Program-made: the position numbers and the translations under genes
Notes under the pieces: generated by a model
Database searches by the model: none
What the model was told of the DNA's origin: nothing
The model's input: the letters and a program-made list of their open reading frames with translations, nothing else
In this document: positions 19,344 to 29,491 of the stretch, piece by piece
Numbering within the stretch: the first letter of the stretch is position 1
Layout: each line of letters opens with the position of its first letter
Source: an uncultured bacterium
GTDB taxonomy: Bacteria; Oederibacteriota; JAAXVQ01; JAUVAV01
NCBI GenBank assembly: GCA_963710755.1
Contig: CAVQBK010000004.1
Span: forward strand, 64,001-128,000
Length of the DNA stretch: 64,000 nucleotides
Direction: 5' to 3'

Positions 19344-20312
19344 ATGAAACCTAAGTTAATATTCATGGGAACACCGGATTTCGGCATTCCCTCGCTCGAC
19401 TATTTATTAAAAAAAGGTTTCCCTGTGCTTGCGGTGGTAACCCAACCGGACCGTGCCAAGGGCCGGGGACAAAAAGCGGCATTCTCAGCAGTTAAAATAT
19501 TTGCCCTGGCTCATGGGTTAAACGTGCTCCAGCCGGAGGATGTTAACAGCAATGCGTTTTTAAGCACCCTCAAAGCGCTGGAGCCTACGGTAATAGTGGT
19601 GGCAGCCTTTGGTCAATTGTTAAAACAACCCTTGCTGGATATGCCCCTTTGGGGCTGCATTAATCTGCATGGGTCGCTGCTCCCCAAATATCGCGGGGCG
19701 GCTCCCATTCAATGGGCTGTTGCCAAGGGCGAACGCGAAACCGGAGTTACGGTGCAGCGCATGGCGCTCAAAATGGACAGTGGACCTATTTTGACGCAAC
19801 GTAAAGTAGTCATCGGCTCTGAGGATAGGGCAGTTGATCTCTTTGATCGTTTGGCCCAGCTGGGTGGACCGGCACTGGAAGAAGCTCTGGCGCTTTTGGC
19901 CCAAGAAGGACCGTCAGCCGGCTTGGCCCAGGATGAAGCTCTGGTGAGTTACGCGCCCCGTCTGACCCGAGCCAATGGAGAACTGGATTGGCATCACCAA
20001 GCTAAGAGCCTGCATGACCAGGTAAGAGGGTTTAATCCCTGGCCGGGAACGTTTACCGAGGCTAATGGAGAAAAACTGAAAATTTTAAGTACGCGCTTGG
20101 GCACGAACACAGTGCCCCAGGGTAAAGGGCCAGGAACGATTCTGGATGTGGACTTGGACCAAGGCTGGCTGGTGGCTTGCGGCGGCAACAGCACCCTGTG
20201 GGTGCTGGAGGTACAATGCGCCAACAGCAAGGCCATGGCGGCCAATGCTTACACTTGCGGCTATCGTGTGGGTGTAGGAGATGTATTGGGGCAGAAGGAG
20301 AAGGTCGGATGA
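19344..20312 (+). CDS. fmt: Methionyl-tRNA formyltransferase
   Basis: FMGTPDF, TQPDR, NLHGSLLPKYRGAAPI, MDSG. Confidence 0.97.
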   Translation: MKPKLIFMGTPDFGIPSLDYLLKKGFPVLAVVTQPDRAKGRGQKAAFSAVKIFALAHGLNVLQPEDVNSNAFLSTLKALEPTVIVVAAFGQLLKQPLLDMPLWGCINLHGSLLPKYRGAAPIQWAVAKGERETGVTVQRMALKMDSGPILTQRKVVIGSEDRAVDLFDRLAQLGGPALEEALALLAQEGPSAGLAQDEALVSYAPRLTRANGELDWHHQAKSLHDQVRGFNPWPGTFTEANGEKLKILSTRLGTNTVPQGKGPGTILDVDLDQGWLVACGGNSTLWVLEVQCANSKAMAANAYTCGYRVGVGDVLGQKEKVG

Positions 20313-20731
20313 GCAACAAAAAAATCATCATTGTTGATGATGATGCCAGTATCTTGGAATTATTCCGTGACGTGCTTCAGGGCCATGGTTACGAGGTGGA
20401 TACCTTTACCCGCGGTTGGGAAGCGCTGCAATCCATTTCCCGCGATCATCCGGATTTGGTGATTCTCGATATTATGATGCCCCGGGTCAATGGCTACGAG
20501 GTCTGTCAGATCATGAAAGAGAATGTGAAGACCAAGAATATTCCTGTGATCTTTTTAACCGCCCTATCCCATCAGGAAGCATTGCGATGGGCGGCGGAAG
20601 GCGGGGCTGATGATTTTTTAATCAAACCCTGCACCCCGGACCGCTTGTTGAAGCATGTGGAACGCCATTTGGAAAAAGGAGGGGAAGCGCATGATGACCA
20701 TGGACAAGACTCTGGACAAAATCAGGCATGA
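20309..20731 (+). CDS. Single-domain (CheY-like) response regulator
   Basis: IIVDDD, LDIMMP, FLTA, IKP; ATGA overlap with fmt. Confidence 0.88.
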   Translation: MSNKKIIIVDDDASILELFRDVLQGHGYEVDTFTRGWEALQSISRDHPDLVILDIMMPRVNGYEVCQIMKENVKTKNIPVIFLTALSHQEALRWAAEGGADDFLIKPCTPDRLLKHVERHLEKGGEAHDDHGQDSGQNQA

Positions 20732-21404
20732 AGTCGGCAAGGCGTTTAAACAAGAACTGATTTCCTTAATGGTGTACGGGTCGGCGGCAGTCAATGACCA
20801 TCAGCAAGGCAGTTCGGATATAAATATTCTGGTCGTTGTTAATGATATTACCATGGACGTTCTGGACAGGCTGCGCAAGCTCATTAGACCCTTGGCCAAA
20901 GCGGGGGTCAACACCCCACTGCTTATGACCAAAGAACATATTGAGCGTTCCAGTGATGTTTTTCCCATAGAATTTTTGGAGATCAAGGAAAAACATTTGG
21001 TATTGCAGGGCGAGGATATGTTTGCCCACCTGGAGATCGAAACCACCAACTTGCGGCATGAATGTGAACATGAGTTAAAAGGCCGGCTGCTGAGATTGCG
21101 GCAAAGCTATCTGGAAGTGGGAGAGCATGTCAAGGAATTGAAGGACTTGTTGGTGGCCGCCCACCAGGCTAACCTGCCGTCCTTTCGTACAGCCCTACGG
21201 CTGAAAGGTATTGTGCCGCCGCTGGCCAAGGAAGCGGTCCTGGAAAGCCTGGCGGCCACCTTTGGATTGAACAAAGAAGTGTTTGTCAAATTGAAGCTTT
21301 TAAAACAAGGAGATCTGAAACTGACCTTTCCCATGCTCAGGGGATTGCTCGAAACTTATCTCCATGAGGTGGAAAAAGTTGCGCGCGCTATTGACCGTTT
21401 GTAA
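20691..21404 (+). CDS. Nucleotidyltransferase-domain protein of the type linked to LemA/TPM
   Basis: YGSAA...SDINILVV, DVFPIEF, LRHECEHELKG. Confidence 0.75.
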   Translation: MMTMDKTLDKIRHEVGKAFKQELISLMVYGSAAVNDHQQGSSDINILVVVNDITMDVLDRLRKLIRPLAKAGVNTPLLMTKEHIERSSDVFPIEFLEIKEKHLVLQGEDMFAHLEIETTNLRHECEHELKGRLLRLRQSYLEVGEHVKELKDLLVAAHQANLPSFRTALRLKGIVPPLAKEAVLESLAATFGLNKEVFVKLKLLKQGDLKLTFPMLRGLLETYLHEVEKVARAIDRL

Positions 21405-22170
21405 ACATAGTTTTAAAGCTGTTTTACTGGCCCTGTTATTAAGCGGCGCTGCCTTGGCCGCAACCTCCTCCGCCGGCCAACCGCAGATTCCTCAGCCTCA
21501 AGGCTATGTCAATGACTTTGCCAAGGTTCTCGATGCCCAGGCCATTGACCGCCTGAGTGCTCTGTCCACTAGTCTGGAGCAGGCTACCGGCGACGAGATG
21601 GTCTTTATGATCATGCCTACTATTGCGCCTTATGATGATTTCACCTATGGTATGGCGGTCTATGATGCCTGGAAAATCGGCAAGAAGGGCAAGGACAATG
21701 GTCTCTTGATTTTGTTGGCATTAAAGGAACACCGCATCCGCATCATCACCGGCTACGGACTGGAAGGGGTATTGCCGGACGGTAAATTAGGACGCTATCG
21801 TGACCAATACCTGACACCCTATTTAAAACAAGGCCAAATTGGGCAAGGGTTGTATAATATCGGGCTGGTGATTGCCCAAACCCTGGCCAAAGATAAAAAA
21901 GTGCAATTAAGCGGGCAGCTGGGTCAGGCCCGTCCTGTCAGGAAAAACCGAACCGGGGAAGCGGCCGGATATTTCATCTTTTTCCTGCTCATCATCATTG
22001 CCGGCATTATTTCCTCCATCCGCGATCGGCGCTTAGGGCGGCGGAGCGGCGTAGGGCCCTATTATTACGGTGGCGGTTTTTATCGCAGCGGCGGCGGCGG
22101 CTTTGGCGGCGGCTTCTCCGGCTTTGGCGGTGGTTTTTCGGGCGGAGGCGGTGTAGGCGGCAGCTGGTAA
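21364..22170 (+). CDS. TPM domain protein (YgcG-like) with Gly-rich tail
   Basis: YVNDFA, WKIGKKGKDNG, GYGLEGVLPD, TM helix, GGFSGGGGVGGSW. Start uncertain. Confidence 0.9.
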   Translation: MRWKKLRALLTVCKHSFKAVLLALLLSGAALAATSSAGQPQIPQPQGYVNDFAKVLDAQAIDRLSALSTSLEQATGDEMVFMIMPTIAPYDDFTYGMAVYDAWKIGKKGKDNGLLILLALKEHRIRIITGYGLEGVLPDGKLGRYRDQYLTPYLKQGQIGQGLYNIGLVIAQTLAKDKKVQLSGQLGQARPVRKNRTGEAAGYFIFFLLIIIAGIISSIRDRRLGRRSGVGPYYYGGGFYRSGGGGFGGGFSGFGGGFSGGGGVGGSW

Positions 22171-22309
22171 AAATCGTCAGCAGCCGGACTATGGTTTGCG
22201 TAGGATTGGTCAATACTATCCAAAAGTTGAGACAATACCGTGGAGGTCTTTCACAAAAGTGACCTTGATGGAACAGTGATCAAGTAAAAACTAGGAGGAA
22301 AGTGGCATT

Positions 22310-22933
22310 ATGGAAAAATCGGGATTGGCGTTAATCACCATCTTGGGCCTGATTTTGGGCGTGCTCTTACTGTTGGTGATGGGCATCGTTTTTTATGTAA
22401 TTGGAAGTTACAACAGCCTGGTTAAAATGGACGTGTCGGTCAAAACCGCATGGTCTCAGGTGGAGAACCAGCTGCAACGGCGCAATGATTTGATTCCTAA
22501 TTTGGTGAACACAGTCAAAGGGTTTGCTAAACAGGAAAGAACCATTTTTGAAAATGTGGCCAATGCCCGGGCCAAACTGGCAGGTGCTACGGGTATCAAT
22601 GACAAAATCAATGCGGCCAATGAAGTGACCGGTGCCTTGGGCCGGCTGCTGGCAGTGGTGGAAAATTATCCTCAACTCAAGTCGGACCAGAATTTCCGGC
22701 AGTTAATGGATGAACTGGCAGGTACGGAAAACCGTATTGCCGTGGAGCGTATGCGCTACAACGAGGCGGTCAAGACCTTCAACCAGTCCATTCGGATGTT
22801 CCCCAAAAATTTGATTGCCGGATGGTTTCACTTTAAGGAGGCTACCTTGTTTGAAGCCGCGCCAGGCGCCAAAGAAGTGCCGAAAGTGGAATTCCAAATT
22901 GAGGACAAATCCTCTGGCTCCAAAGGGGAATAG
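22310..22933 (+). CDS. lemA: LemA family protein
   Basis: YNSLV, LQRRNDLIPNLV, ENYPQLK, GTENRIAVER, FP.N.IA. Confidence 0.95.
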   Translation: MEKSGLALITILGLILGVLLLLVMGIVFYVIGSYNSLVKMDVSVKTAWSQVENQLQRRNDLIPNLVNTVKGFAKQERTIFENVANARAKLAGATGINDKINAANEVTGALGRLLAVVENYPQLKSDQNFRQLMDELAGTENRIAVERMRYNEAVKTFNQSIRMFPKNLIAGWFHFKEATLFEAAPGAKEVPKVEFQIEDKSSGSKGE

Positions 22934-22985
22934 CAAAGCGAAGCACAACTATTTCGGTTCCTGTGCAATTCTATGCCGGGAGCAC

Positions 22986-23378
22986 GGGAGCAGTTCAGAT
23001 GGTCGCCTTAATTTCGGTTAAGGAGGAAAGTCCGAGCTCCCAGGGCAAGGCGCTGGGTAACGCCCAGTCACGGTGACGTGAAGGAAAGTGCCACAGAAAA
23101 CATACCGCCTCTCTATAGCCCCAGACTTCGTGAGCTGGTGGGGGGTAAGGGTGAAAAGGTGAGGTAAGAGCTCACCGCGTTTCCGGTGACGGAAGCGGCA
23201 CGGTAAACCCCGCCTGGAGCAAGACCAAATAGGAGAGGCCTGACAGGGTTGCCTGTCAGGAGCCGTGGCCCGCGGTCCTCTCGGGTTGGTTGCTTGAGGC
23301 TTGTTGTAAAACAAGTCCTAGAGAAATGACCATCCGTCCTGAATCAGGATGACAGAACTCGGCTTATGAACTGCTCCC
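22986..23378 (+). ncRNA. rnpB: RNase P RNA (bacterial type A)
   Basis: P1 GGGAGCAGTTCA/TGAACTGCTCCC, GAGGAAAGTCC, AGTGCCACAGAAA, GGTAAACCCC, GAGCAAG, ACAGAACTCGGCTTA. Confidence 0.97.
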
Positions 23379-23384
23379 TCTTTT

Positions 23385-23422
23385 CCCGGCCCGGTGAAAC
23401 ATCGCCGGGCCGGGGTTGTTTT
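23385..23422 (+). terminator. rnpB terminator
   Basis: CCCGGCCCGGTGA-AACA-TCGCCGGGCCGGG followed by GTTGTTTT. Confidence 0.75.
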
Positions 23423-23430
23423 GGGGTAGT

Positions 23431-23458
23431 GCAGGGGCGAAAGATTTTTCGCCCCTAC
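23431..23458. repeat. 28-bp GTAG-type REP-like palindrome
   Basis: GCAGGGGCGAAAGATTTTTCGCCCCTAC (reads GTAGGGGCG... on the minus strand). Confidence 0.7.
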
Positions 23459-23462
23459 TATT

Positions 23463-23503
23463 TCCTCTCCCCGCATACGCGGGGAGAGGATTAAGGTGAG
23501 GGG
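23463..23503. repeat. CCTCTCCC...GGGAGAGG...GGTGAGGG palindromic repeat
   Basis: TCCTCTCCCCGC-ATAC-GCGGGGAGAGGA-TTAAGGTGAGGGG. Confidence 0.6.
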
Positions 23504-23509
23504 TCCAGA

Positions 23510-24523
23510 ATGATCATCGTCATGAAACCTAATGTATCAAAAAAGAAAATCACGGAAGTGATGGAACGCATCAAGAAAATGAAGCTCGAGCCTCATCTGC
23601 TGCAAGGCACGGAGCGCAACGTCATCGCCGTGATCGGCGATGAACGCCGGCTGCAACGCCAGCCGTTGGAAGCCATTCCGGAAATTGAAAACGTTATGTC
23701 CGTACTCAAACCCTATAAACTGGCCAGCCGGGAGAGCAAGCAGGAAGATTCCGTGATTACCACCGGCAGCTTTTCCATTGGCGGTAAGCAATTGGCCATA
23801 ATTGCCGGTCCCTGTACCGTGGAAAATAAAAGCATGATTATGCAGACTGCCCGCCATGTCAAAGCCAGCGGGGCAGCGGCTTTGCGGGGTGGTGCCTTTA
23901 AACCCAGAACCAGTCCCTATGCTTTTCAGGGCCTTAAAGGTGCCGGCCTGACCATCTTGAAACAAGCTCAAAAAACCTACAGCCTGCCGGTGGTGACCGA
24001 GGTGCTCGATCCCAGGAACGTGCCGGCCGTGGCCAAAGCTGCCGATATTCTGCAGATCGGAACCCGCAACATGCAGAATTTCGAATTGTTAAAGGCCGTG
24101 GGCCAGCAAAAAAAACCGGTGTTGCTCAAACGGGGCATGGCCGCCGGGGTGGAGGATCTGCTCATGTCGGCCGAGTACATCATGGCCCAGGGCAATTATC
24201 AGGTGATTTTGTGCGAACGGGGCATCCGCACCTTTAATGATTACAGCCGCAATACTCTGGATTTAACCGTGATCCCGGCCCTGAAAGAGCGAACCCATTT
24301 GCCGGTGATCGTGGACCCTTCCCACGGCACGGGCAGGCGCGATTACGTGGCGCCCATGGCCAAGGCCGCTTTGGCCGCGGGCGCGGACGGCCTGATCATC
24401 GAAGTCCATCCCCATCCGGACAAGGCCCTGGTGGACGGCAACCAGTCCCTGTCCCTGGAAGAGTTTGACCGCCTGATGCTGGAGTTGAAAGCCTTGGCGC
24501 CTATTTTGGGGCGCACCCTATGA
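23510..24523 (+). CDS. aroF: DAHP synthase type I-beta with N-terminal regulatory domain
   Basis: MIIVMK start, [42 protein letters not shown]. Confidence 0.95.
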   Translation: MIIVMKPNVSKKKITEVMERIKKMKLEPHLLQGTERNVIAVIGDERRLQRQPLEAIPEIENVMSVLKPYKLASRESKQEDSVITTGSFSIGGKQLAIIAGPCTVENKSMIMQTARHVKASGAAALRGGAFKPRTSPYAFQGLKGAGLTILKQAQKTYSLPVVTEVLDPRNVPAVAKAADILQIGTRNMQNFELLKAVGQQKKPVLLKRGMAAGVEDLLMSAEYIMAQGNYQVILCERGIRTFNDYSRNTLDLTVIPALKERTHLPVIVDPSHGTGRRDYVAPMAKAALAAGADGLIIEVHPHPDKALVDGNQSLSLEEFDRLMLELKALAPILGRTL

Positions 24524-24735
24524 TTGTCTGATGGTGAGGTGGATGGGGGGTTGGTTCCATCCTTGGACAGAGGGCGTTGTGCAAGTAGACTATAGACATC
24601 CCCCTTTGTGAAAGGCTCTCAGGACAAGTGCCTCCATTCTACAGAAGCATTTTTTCAATGTTGTCCCGAGACCAAGGGCCTGAAGGTCTTTTAGCAAAAG
24701 AAAATGGTTATTCAGATTGGAGAAGAGCATCGGCC

Positions 24736-25401
24736 ATGCCCGTGATTACTGCATTGGAAATACAGAAAAAAAATAAACAGCGGGTCAACCTTTTTGCAGA
24801 CCATGAATTTGTTTGCGGCTTGGCTTTGGAAGTGGTGATGAAAAAGGGGCTGAAAAAAGGGCTGGACCTTACGGAAGACGCCCTGACTGCGCTCATTCAT
24901 GATGACCAAACCTGGCAGGCCAAGGAAGCGGCCCTGCGCCTGCTTGATGTGCGTGCCCGCGCTAAAGGTGAATTACGGCAACGGTTGCGGCAAAAGAAAT
25001 TTCCCGGGGATGTGATTGAGGACGTGCTGGGGGATCTTGAAAAATCAGGCTTGATTAATGACGCGGCCTTTGCCAAAATGCTGGTCCATGATTTAAGCCT
25101 CAAAGCGGTGGGCAAACGTCGACTCCAGCACGCCCTACGGGCCAAAGGCATTGACCGCGCGCTGGAAGAAAAAATCATACAGGAAGCCACAATCGGGGAA
25201 ACAGAAGCTCAGGCCTGCCTGCAGGCTGCCCAAAAGAGGGCCGCCCGCTATCGCCAGCTCGATCCCCAGGTGGCCCGGCGCCGGCTGATTGCTTATTTAT
25301 TGAGACAGGGATTTGACCACGAGATGGTGTACAGCACCATCAGAACACTAGACGCAACCGCAGGGATAACGGAGGATGATAATGACCAGTACGGAGATTA
25401 G
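24736..25401 (+). CDS. recX: Regulatory protein RecX
   Basis: ITALEIQKKNKQRVNLF, ALRLL..RAR...EL, LINDAAFA, AYLLRQGF; directly upstream of alaS. Confidence 0.88.
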   Translation: MPVITALEIQKKNKQRVNLFADHEFVCGLALEVVMKKGLKKGLDLTEDALTALIHDDQTWQAKEAALRLLDVRARAKGELRQRLRQKKFPGDVIEDVLGDLEKSGLINDAAFAKMLVHDLSLKAVGKRRLQHALRAKGIDRALEEKIIQEATIGETEAQACLQAAQKRAARYRQLDPQVARRRLIAYLLRQGFDHEMVYSTIRTLDATAGITEDDNDQYGD

Positions 25402-28006
25402 AGAAAAATTTCTAGCTTACTTCAAGGACAAGGGCCATGCCTGTCCGCCCAGTGCTTCCCTGGTGCCGGGCGATCCCACCGTACTGTTTACCGTGGCCGG
25501 CATGGTGCAGTTCAAACCATATTTTTTGGGTTTGGGCAAGAAGCCTTTCACACGGGCTGCCACCGCCCAAAAGTGCATCCGCACCAATGACATTGACAAT
25601 GTGGGGTTTACCCCCCGCCATCATACCTTTTTCGAAATGCTGGGCAATTTTTCCTTCGGCGATTATTTCAAACACGACGCTATTACCTGGGCCTGGGATT
25701 TTTTAACCAATGTCTGCGGCCTGGACAAGGAGAAATTGTGGGTTACCATCTACAAGGATGATGATGAAGCCTTTCAGATTTGGCATGAAACTGTCGGCCT
25801 GCCCAATAAAAAAATTATTCGCATGGGAGAAAAAACCAATTTTTGGACCATGGGCGAAACCGGTCCCTGCGGGCCCTGCAGCGAAATTCTTTATGATAAG
25901 GGGCCTGTAGCCGGCAAACCTGATCTGGGACCCGATGAAGATGAAGACCGCTACCTGGAGGTTTGGAATCTGGTATTTACCCAGTATGATCGCAAGGCGG
26001 ACGGTGGCCTGAACCCGCTACCGCAAAAGAACATTGATACCGGTATGGGCTTGGAACGGTTGGCCGCGGTCATCCAACAGGTGCCGTCCAATTTTGATAC
26101 CGACCTTTTCCAGCCGATTATCCAGACTATTGCCAATGCCGCCACCGTGCGTTACGGCAAGGACGACAAGCACGACAGTTCCCTGCGCGTCATTGCCGAC
26201 CATGTGCGCTCCGCCGTTTTTTTAATCACTGACGGCGTGTTGCCGGGTAACGAAGGCCGGAGCTATGTGCTGCGCCGTATTCTCAGGCGCGCCCTGCGTC
26301 ACGGCAAACTGTTGGGCCTCGACGATCTTTTCCTATACACCTTGGTGCCGGTGGTGGTGGAGATCATGGGAGGGTGCTATCCGGAGATTAAACAGCGCCA
26401 GGACCATGTCACGGCCATCATTAAAAGTGAAGAAGAGCGTTTTCAACATACCCTCGACGCCGGGCTGGCCCGGCTCAATGACGTCATGGCAGAGGTCAAA
26501 AAACAAAACCGTGCCATTATTCCAGGAGATAAAATATTCCAACTTTATGATACCTTTGGCTTTCCCATGGACTTAACCAGAGAAATTGCCTTGGAGCATA
26601 AACTGTCGCTTGATGAAGCCGGATTCGAACAGGCCATGGAGCAGCAGCGTCAGCGGGCGCGGCATGCTTGGGCGGGGAGTGGCGACCGGGCCATTGCTCC
26701 GGTGATTAGAGAATTGACAGCCAAACTGCCGGTTACTGAATTTCTGGGTTACCTGCAACTAAAAGCTGAGGCCGAGGTCAAGGCCCTGGTGATAGGCGAC
26801 CAGGCGGCGGCTCAAGCCCAGGCCGGCGATCAAGTCTTGGTGGTGCTGGACCGTACGCCTTTTTATGCTGAATCGGGCGGACAGGTTGCCGATCAAGGGC
26901 AGCTGATATGGCCTGACGGCAGCATGGACGTGGAAGATGTGCAAAAACTACCGGAGGGCCATGTGCTGCATTTAGGGCAAGTGAAACAAGGCACCCTGAC
27001 CTTGGGCGCTGCGATTCAGGCTGTGGTGCACAATGAAGAGCGTGCCGCCACGGCTCGCAATCATACGGCCACCCACCTGCTGCATGCGGCTTTGCGCCAG
27101 GTGCTGGGCACCCATGTGGAACAGGCCGGCTCCGAGGTGCGGCCCGACCGTTTTCGATTTGATTTTACTCATTTTCAACCGGTAAGCCACAACGAGATGG
27201 ATCACATTGAAGCTATTGTCAACCGCAAGGTTATTGAGAATATCCGTGTCAACACGGTTGAGCTTTCCGTAGAAGAGGCCAAGGCTAAAGGTGCCATGGC
27301 CCTGTTTGGGGAAAAATACGGGGACTGGGTGCGGATGGTGCAGGTGGATGACTTTTCCAAGGAGCTCTGCGGAGGTACCCATGTCACGGCCACCGGGGAC
27401 ATTGGCTTGATGCGTGTGGTCAACGAGACCGGGGTGGCGGCAGGTATACGCCGGATTGAAGCGGTGACCGGCGAAGGCGCTTATCGTGAAGTTAAACAGG
27501 AACAAAAAATCCTGCGCGATTTAAGCAGCACCATGCGTGCCCCTGAGAGTGAGCTGGCTGACCGGCTGGAAAAGGTATTGGTCCGTATCAAGGAGCTGGA
27601 AAAGGAAAATGAAAAACTGCAAATCCAGCAGACCTCTTCCGGACTGGATGAGCTGATGCAAAAAGTCAAAGAAGTGGCGGGCATCAAAGTGCTGACCGCC
27701 AAACTTAAGGGATTCAACCCCAACGCCCTGCGCACGGCCGTGGACAACCTTAAAACCAAGCTGGGCACCGGGGTCATTGTATTGGCCAACGAAGACAGTG
27801 GCAAGGTAACTTTGATTGCCGCGGCCACCAAAGATATAGCAGGCAAGAAAGTCCATGCCGGCAATATTATCCGGGAAGTGGCCAAAACGGTTGGCGGGTC
27901 CGGCGGCGGGCGGCCGGATTTTGCCCAAGCCGGTGGCAAAGATGTTTCCAAACTGGATGAGGCACTGGGGCAAGTTGAAGCCGTGGTTCGCGCACAGCTG
28001 AATTAA
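25382..28006 (+). CDS. alaS: Alanine--tRNA ligase
   Basis: FTVAGMVQFK, HHTFFEMLGNFSFGDYFK, DTGMGLER, HTATHLLH, ELCGGTH, GGGGRPDFAQAGG. Confidence 0.98.
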   Translation: MTSTEIREKFLAYFKDKGHACPPSASLVPGDPTVLFTVAGMVQFKPYFLGLGKKPFTRAATAQKCIRTNDIDNVGFTPRHHTFFEMLGNFSFGDYFKHDAITWAWDFLTNVCGLDKEKLWVTIYKDDDEAFQIWHETVGLPNKKIIRMGEKTNFWTMGETGPCGPCSEILYDKGPVAGKPDLGPDEDEDRYLEVWNLVFTQYDRKADGGLNPLPQKNIDTGMGLERLAAVIQQVPSNFDTDLFQPIIQTIANAATVRYGKDDKHDSSLRVIADHVRSAVFLITDGVLPGNEGRSYVLRRILRRALRHGKLLGLDDLFLYTLVPVVVEIMGGCYPEIKQRQDHVTAIIKSEEERFQHTLDAGLARLNDVMAEVKKQNRAIIPGDKIFQLYDTFGFPMDLTREIALEHKLSLDEAGFEQAMEQQRQRARHAWAGSGDRAIAPVIRELTAKLPVTEFLGYLQLKAEAEVKALVIGDQAAAQAQAGDQVLVVLDRTPFYAESGGQVADQGQLIWPDGSMDVEDVQKLPEGHVLHLGQVKQGTLTLGAAIQAVVHNEERAATARNHTATHLLHAALRQVLGTHVEQAGSEVRPDRFRFDFTHFQPVSHNEMDHIEAIVNRKVIENIRVNTVELSVEEAKAKGAMALFGEKYGDWVRMVQVDDFSKELCGGTHVTATGDIGLMRVVNETGVAAGIRRIEAVTGEGAYREVKQEQKILRDLSSTMRAPESELADRLEKVLVRIKELEKENEKLQIQQTSSGLDELMQKVKEVAGIKVLTAKLKGFNPNALRTAVDNLKTKLGTGVIVLANEDSGKVTLIAAATKDIAGKKVHAGNIIREVAKTVGGSGGGRPDFAQAGGKDVSKLDEALGQVEAVVRAQLN

Positions 28007-28046
28007 GTTACCCTTTTCAATACAATAAAGCCTAGGGCACGGATCT

Positions 28047-28439
28047 CTAAAACCCGAGGTTTTTGATTTCTTTCAGTAGTTCGGTCTGGCTGAAAGGTTT
28101 GATCAAATAGCCATCGCCCAGAGGTTTGAAGGGCTGGACCATATTAAGGTGGTCGTCGAGTACGGTTAGAATGATCACTTTAACACCCTGTACTCTTGCC
28201 AGACCGTCGGCCTGTTCCAGGGCGCGCAATTGCTTAAGCATATTGCCTCCGTCTAAATGAGGCATGAGAATATCCATGATAATCAAGTCATAGGGTTCTT
28301 TACTTCTGCGGGCAGTACTGAATAATTTAATGCCTTCCAGCCCGTCATCGGCAAAATCACAGACCGCCAGACTGGACAAATAAACATTCACCAGTTTTTG
28401 AATGTCCAGCTCATCTTCTACGATCAAGGTTTTAAGCAC
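28047..28439 (-). CDS. Orphan single-domain response regulator
   Basis: LIVEDE, MDILMP, ILTV, IKPF. GTG start at 28439 has a GGAGGG RBS. Confidence 0.82.
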   Translation of the reverse strand: MLKTLIVEDELDIQKLVNVYLSSLAVCDFADDGLEGIKLFSTARRSKEPYDLIIMDILMPHLDGGNMLKQLRALEQADGLARVQGVKVIILTVLDDHLNMVQPFKPLGDGYLIKPFSQTELLKEIKNLGF

Positions 28440-28693
28440 CGAGACCCTCCTGTCCAATCCTTACCCCATGACATTCTATCATGGTTGTGAAACCTCTAAT
28501 TCGGTCACCAATAGTGTCGGTAAAAGGTGTCTTACTACTAAGCTGATGGTCGGGCAAAGAAAAGCACGAAAATGATTGGAAGAAAAGAGGCTTTCTTTTA
28601 AACTAAAGGTGGTTGGAATTGATATCCGAAGCGGTTTATGAACATGGGGAACAGGTAAGCAAGGGAAATTTCAAGCAGAAGAGGAGGCTGATC

Positions 28694-29026
28694 ATGGATG
28701 CATTTAAAAAAGTTTTTTTAGCAGGAGTGGGTGCTTTAAGTCTTTCCAAAGCTAAAGCTAAAAAAATTGTAGAAGAACTGATTGAACAAGGTCAAATCAG
28801 AAAAGATGAAGGCCAACATCTGGTTGAGGAAATGCTCCACAAGGCGGACAGCACCCGAACAGCTGTGGAAGACAAAGTAAAAAAGAACGCCACTCAAGCT
28901 TACCAAAAGCTTAATCTGGCCACCCAGAAACAACTTGAAAAAATGGAAAAGCGCATTCATAGCTTGGAACAGCAATTGGCCAAGAAAAACGCCGCCAACA
29001 CCAAAAAAGGGCAGGGCAAGCCCTGA
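28694..29026 (+). CDS. Phasin-like (polyhydroxyalkanoate-synthesis-regulator family) small protein
   Basis: KKVFLAGVGA...IVEELIEQGQI...LNLATQKQL...RIHSLE pattern; GGAGG RBS. Confidence 0.75.
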   Translation: MDAFKKVFLAGVGALSLSKAKAKKIVEELIEQGQIRKDEGQHLVEEMLHKADSTRTAVEDKVKKNATQAYQKLNLATQKQLEKMEKRIHSLEQQLAKKNAANTKKGQGKP

Positions 29027-29047
29027 GTTTGCCGGGAAAAGGGTAAT

Positions 29048-29491
29048 ATGGAAATAAAAGCAAGAGTTCTGGGACTTGATTATGGAGAACGTCGCATTGG
29101 AGTGGCCATCTCCGACGGGTTGGGATTGACCGCGCAGCCCCTGGAAGTGATGGTCAACAAGGCCGGACAGATTATACCCCGGCTGGCGGACCTAATCGCA
29201 GAGCGCCAAATCAGCCAGGTGGTGATGGGTCTGCCCAAACATTTGAATAATGCGGAAGGCGTGAAGGCACAAGAAGCGCGTGCTTTCGGGCAGGCCTTGG
29301 CTCAAACCACGGGCGTCGTCGTGGATTTCATGGATGAGCGGCTCTCCACTGTGGCGGCCCATAGACTGCTGATGGAGAGCGGTCTTTCGGGTCCACAAAA
29401 AAGACAGGTGGTAGACAAACTGGCAGCAGCCATCATTCTCCAAACCTGGCTGGATGCCCAGCGCCATCAACAGGACAAAGCAGAAAGATGA
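29048..29491 (+). CDS. ruvX: RuvX/YqgF nuclease
   Basis: LGLDYGERRIGVAISD, VMGLP, DERLST, DKLAAAIILQ. Confidence 0.95.
   Translation: MEIKARVLGLDYGERRIGVAISDGLGLTAQPLEVMVNKAGQIIPRLADLIAERQISQVVMGLPKHLNNAEGVKAQEARAFGQALAQTTGVVVDFMDERLSTVAAHRLLMESGLSGPQKRQVVDKLAAAIILQTWLDAQRHQQDKAER

Noticed and set aside
24560-24690. Glycine riboswitch-like words (CTCTCAGG, GGACAGAG)
   Set aside because: GGAGA and CCGAAG core elements are missing and the order is wrong.
28694-29026. PHA storage locus suggested by the phasin-like gene
   Set aside because: No PHA synthase or related genes are nearby, and this family occurs widely without them.
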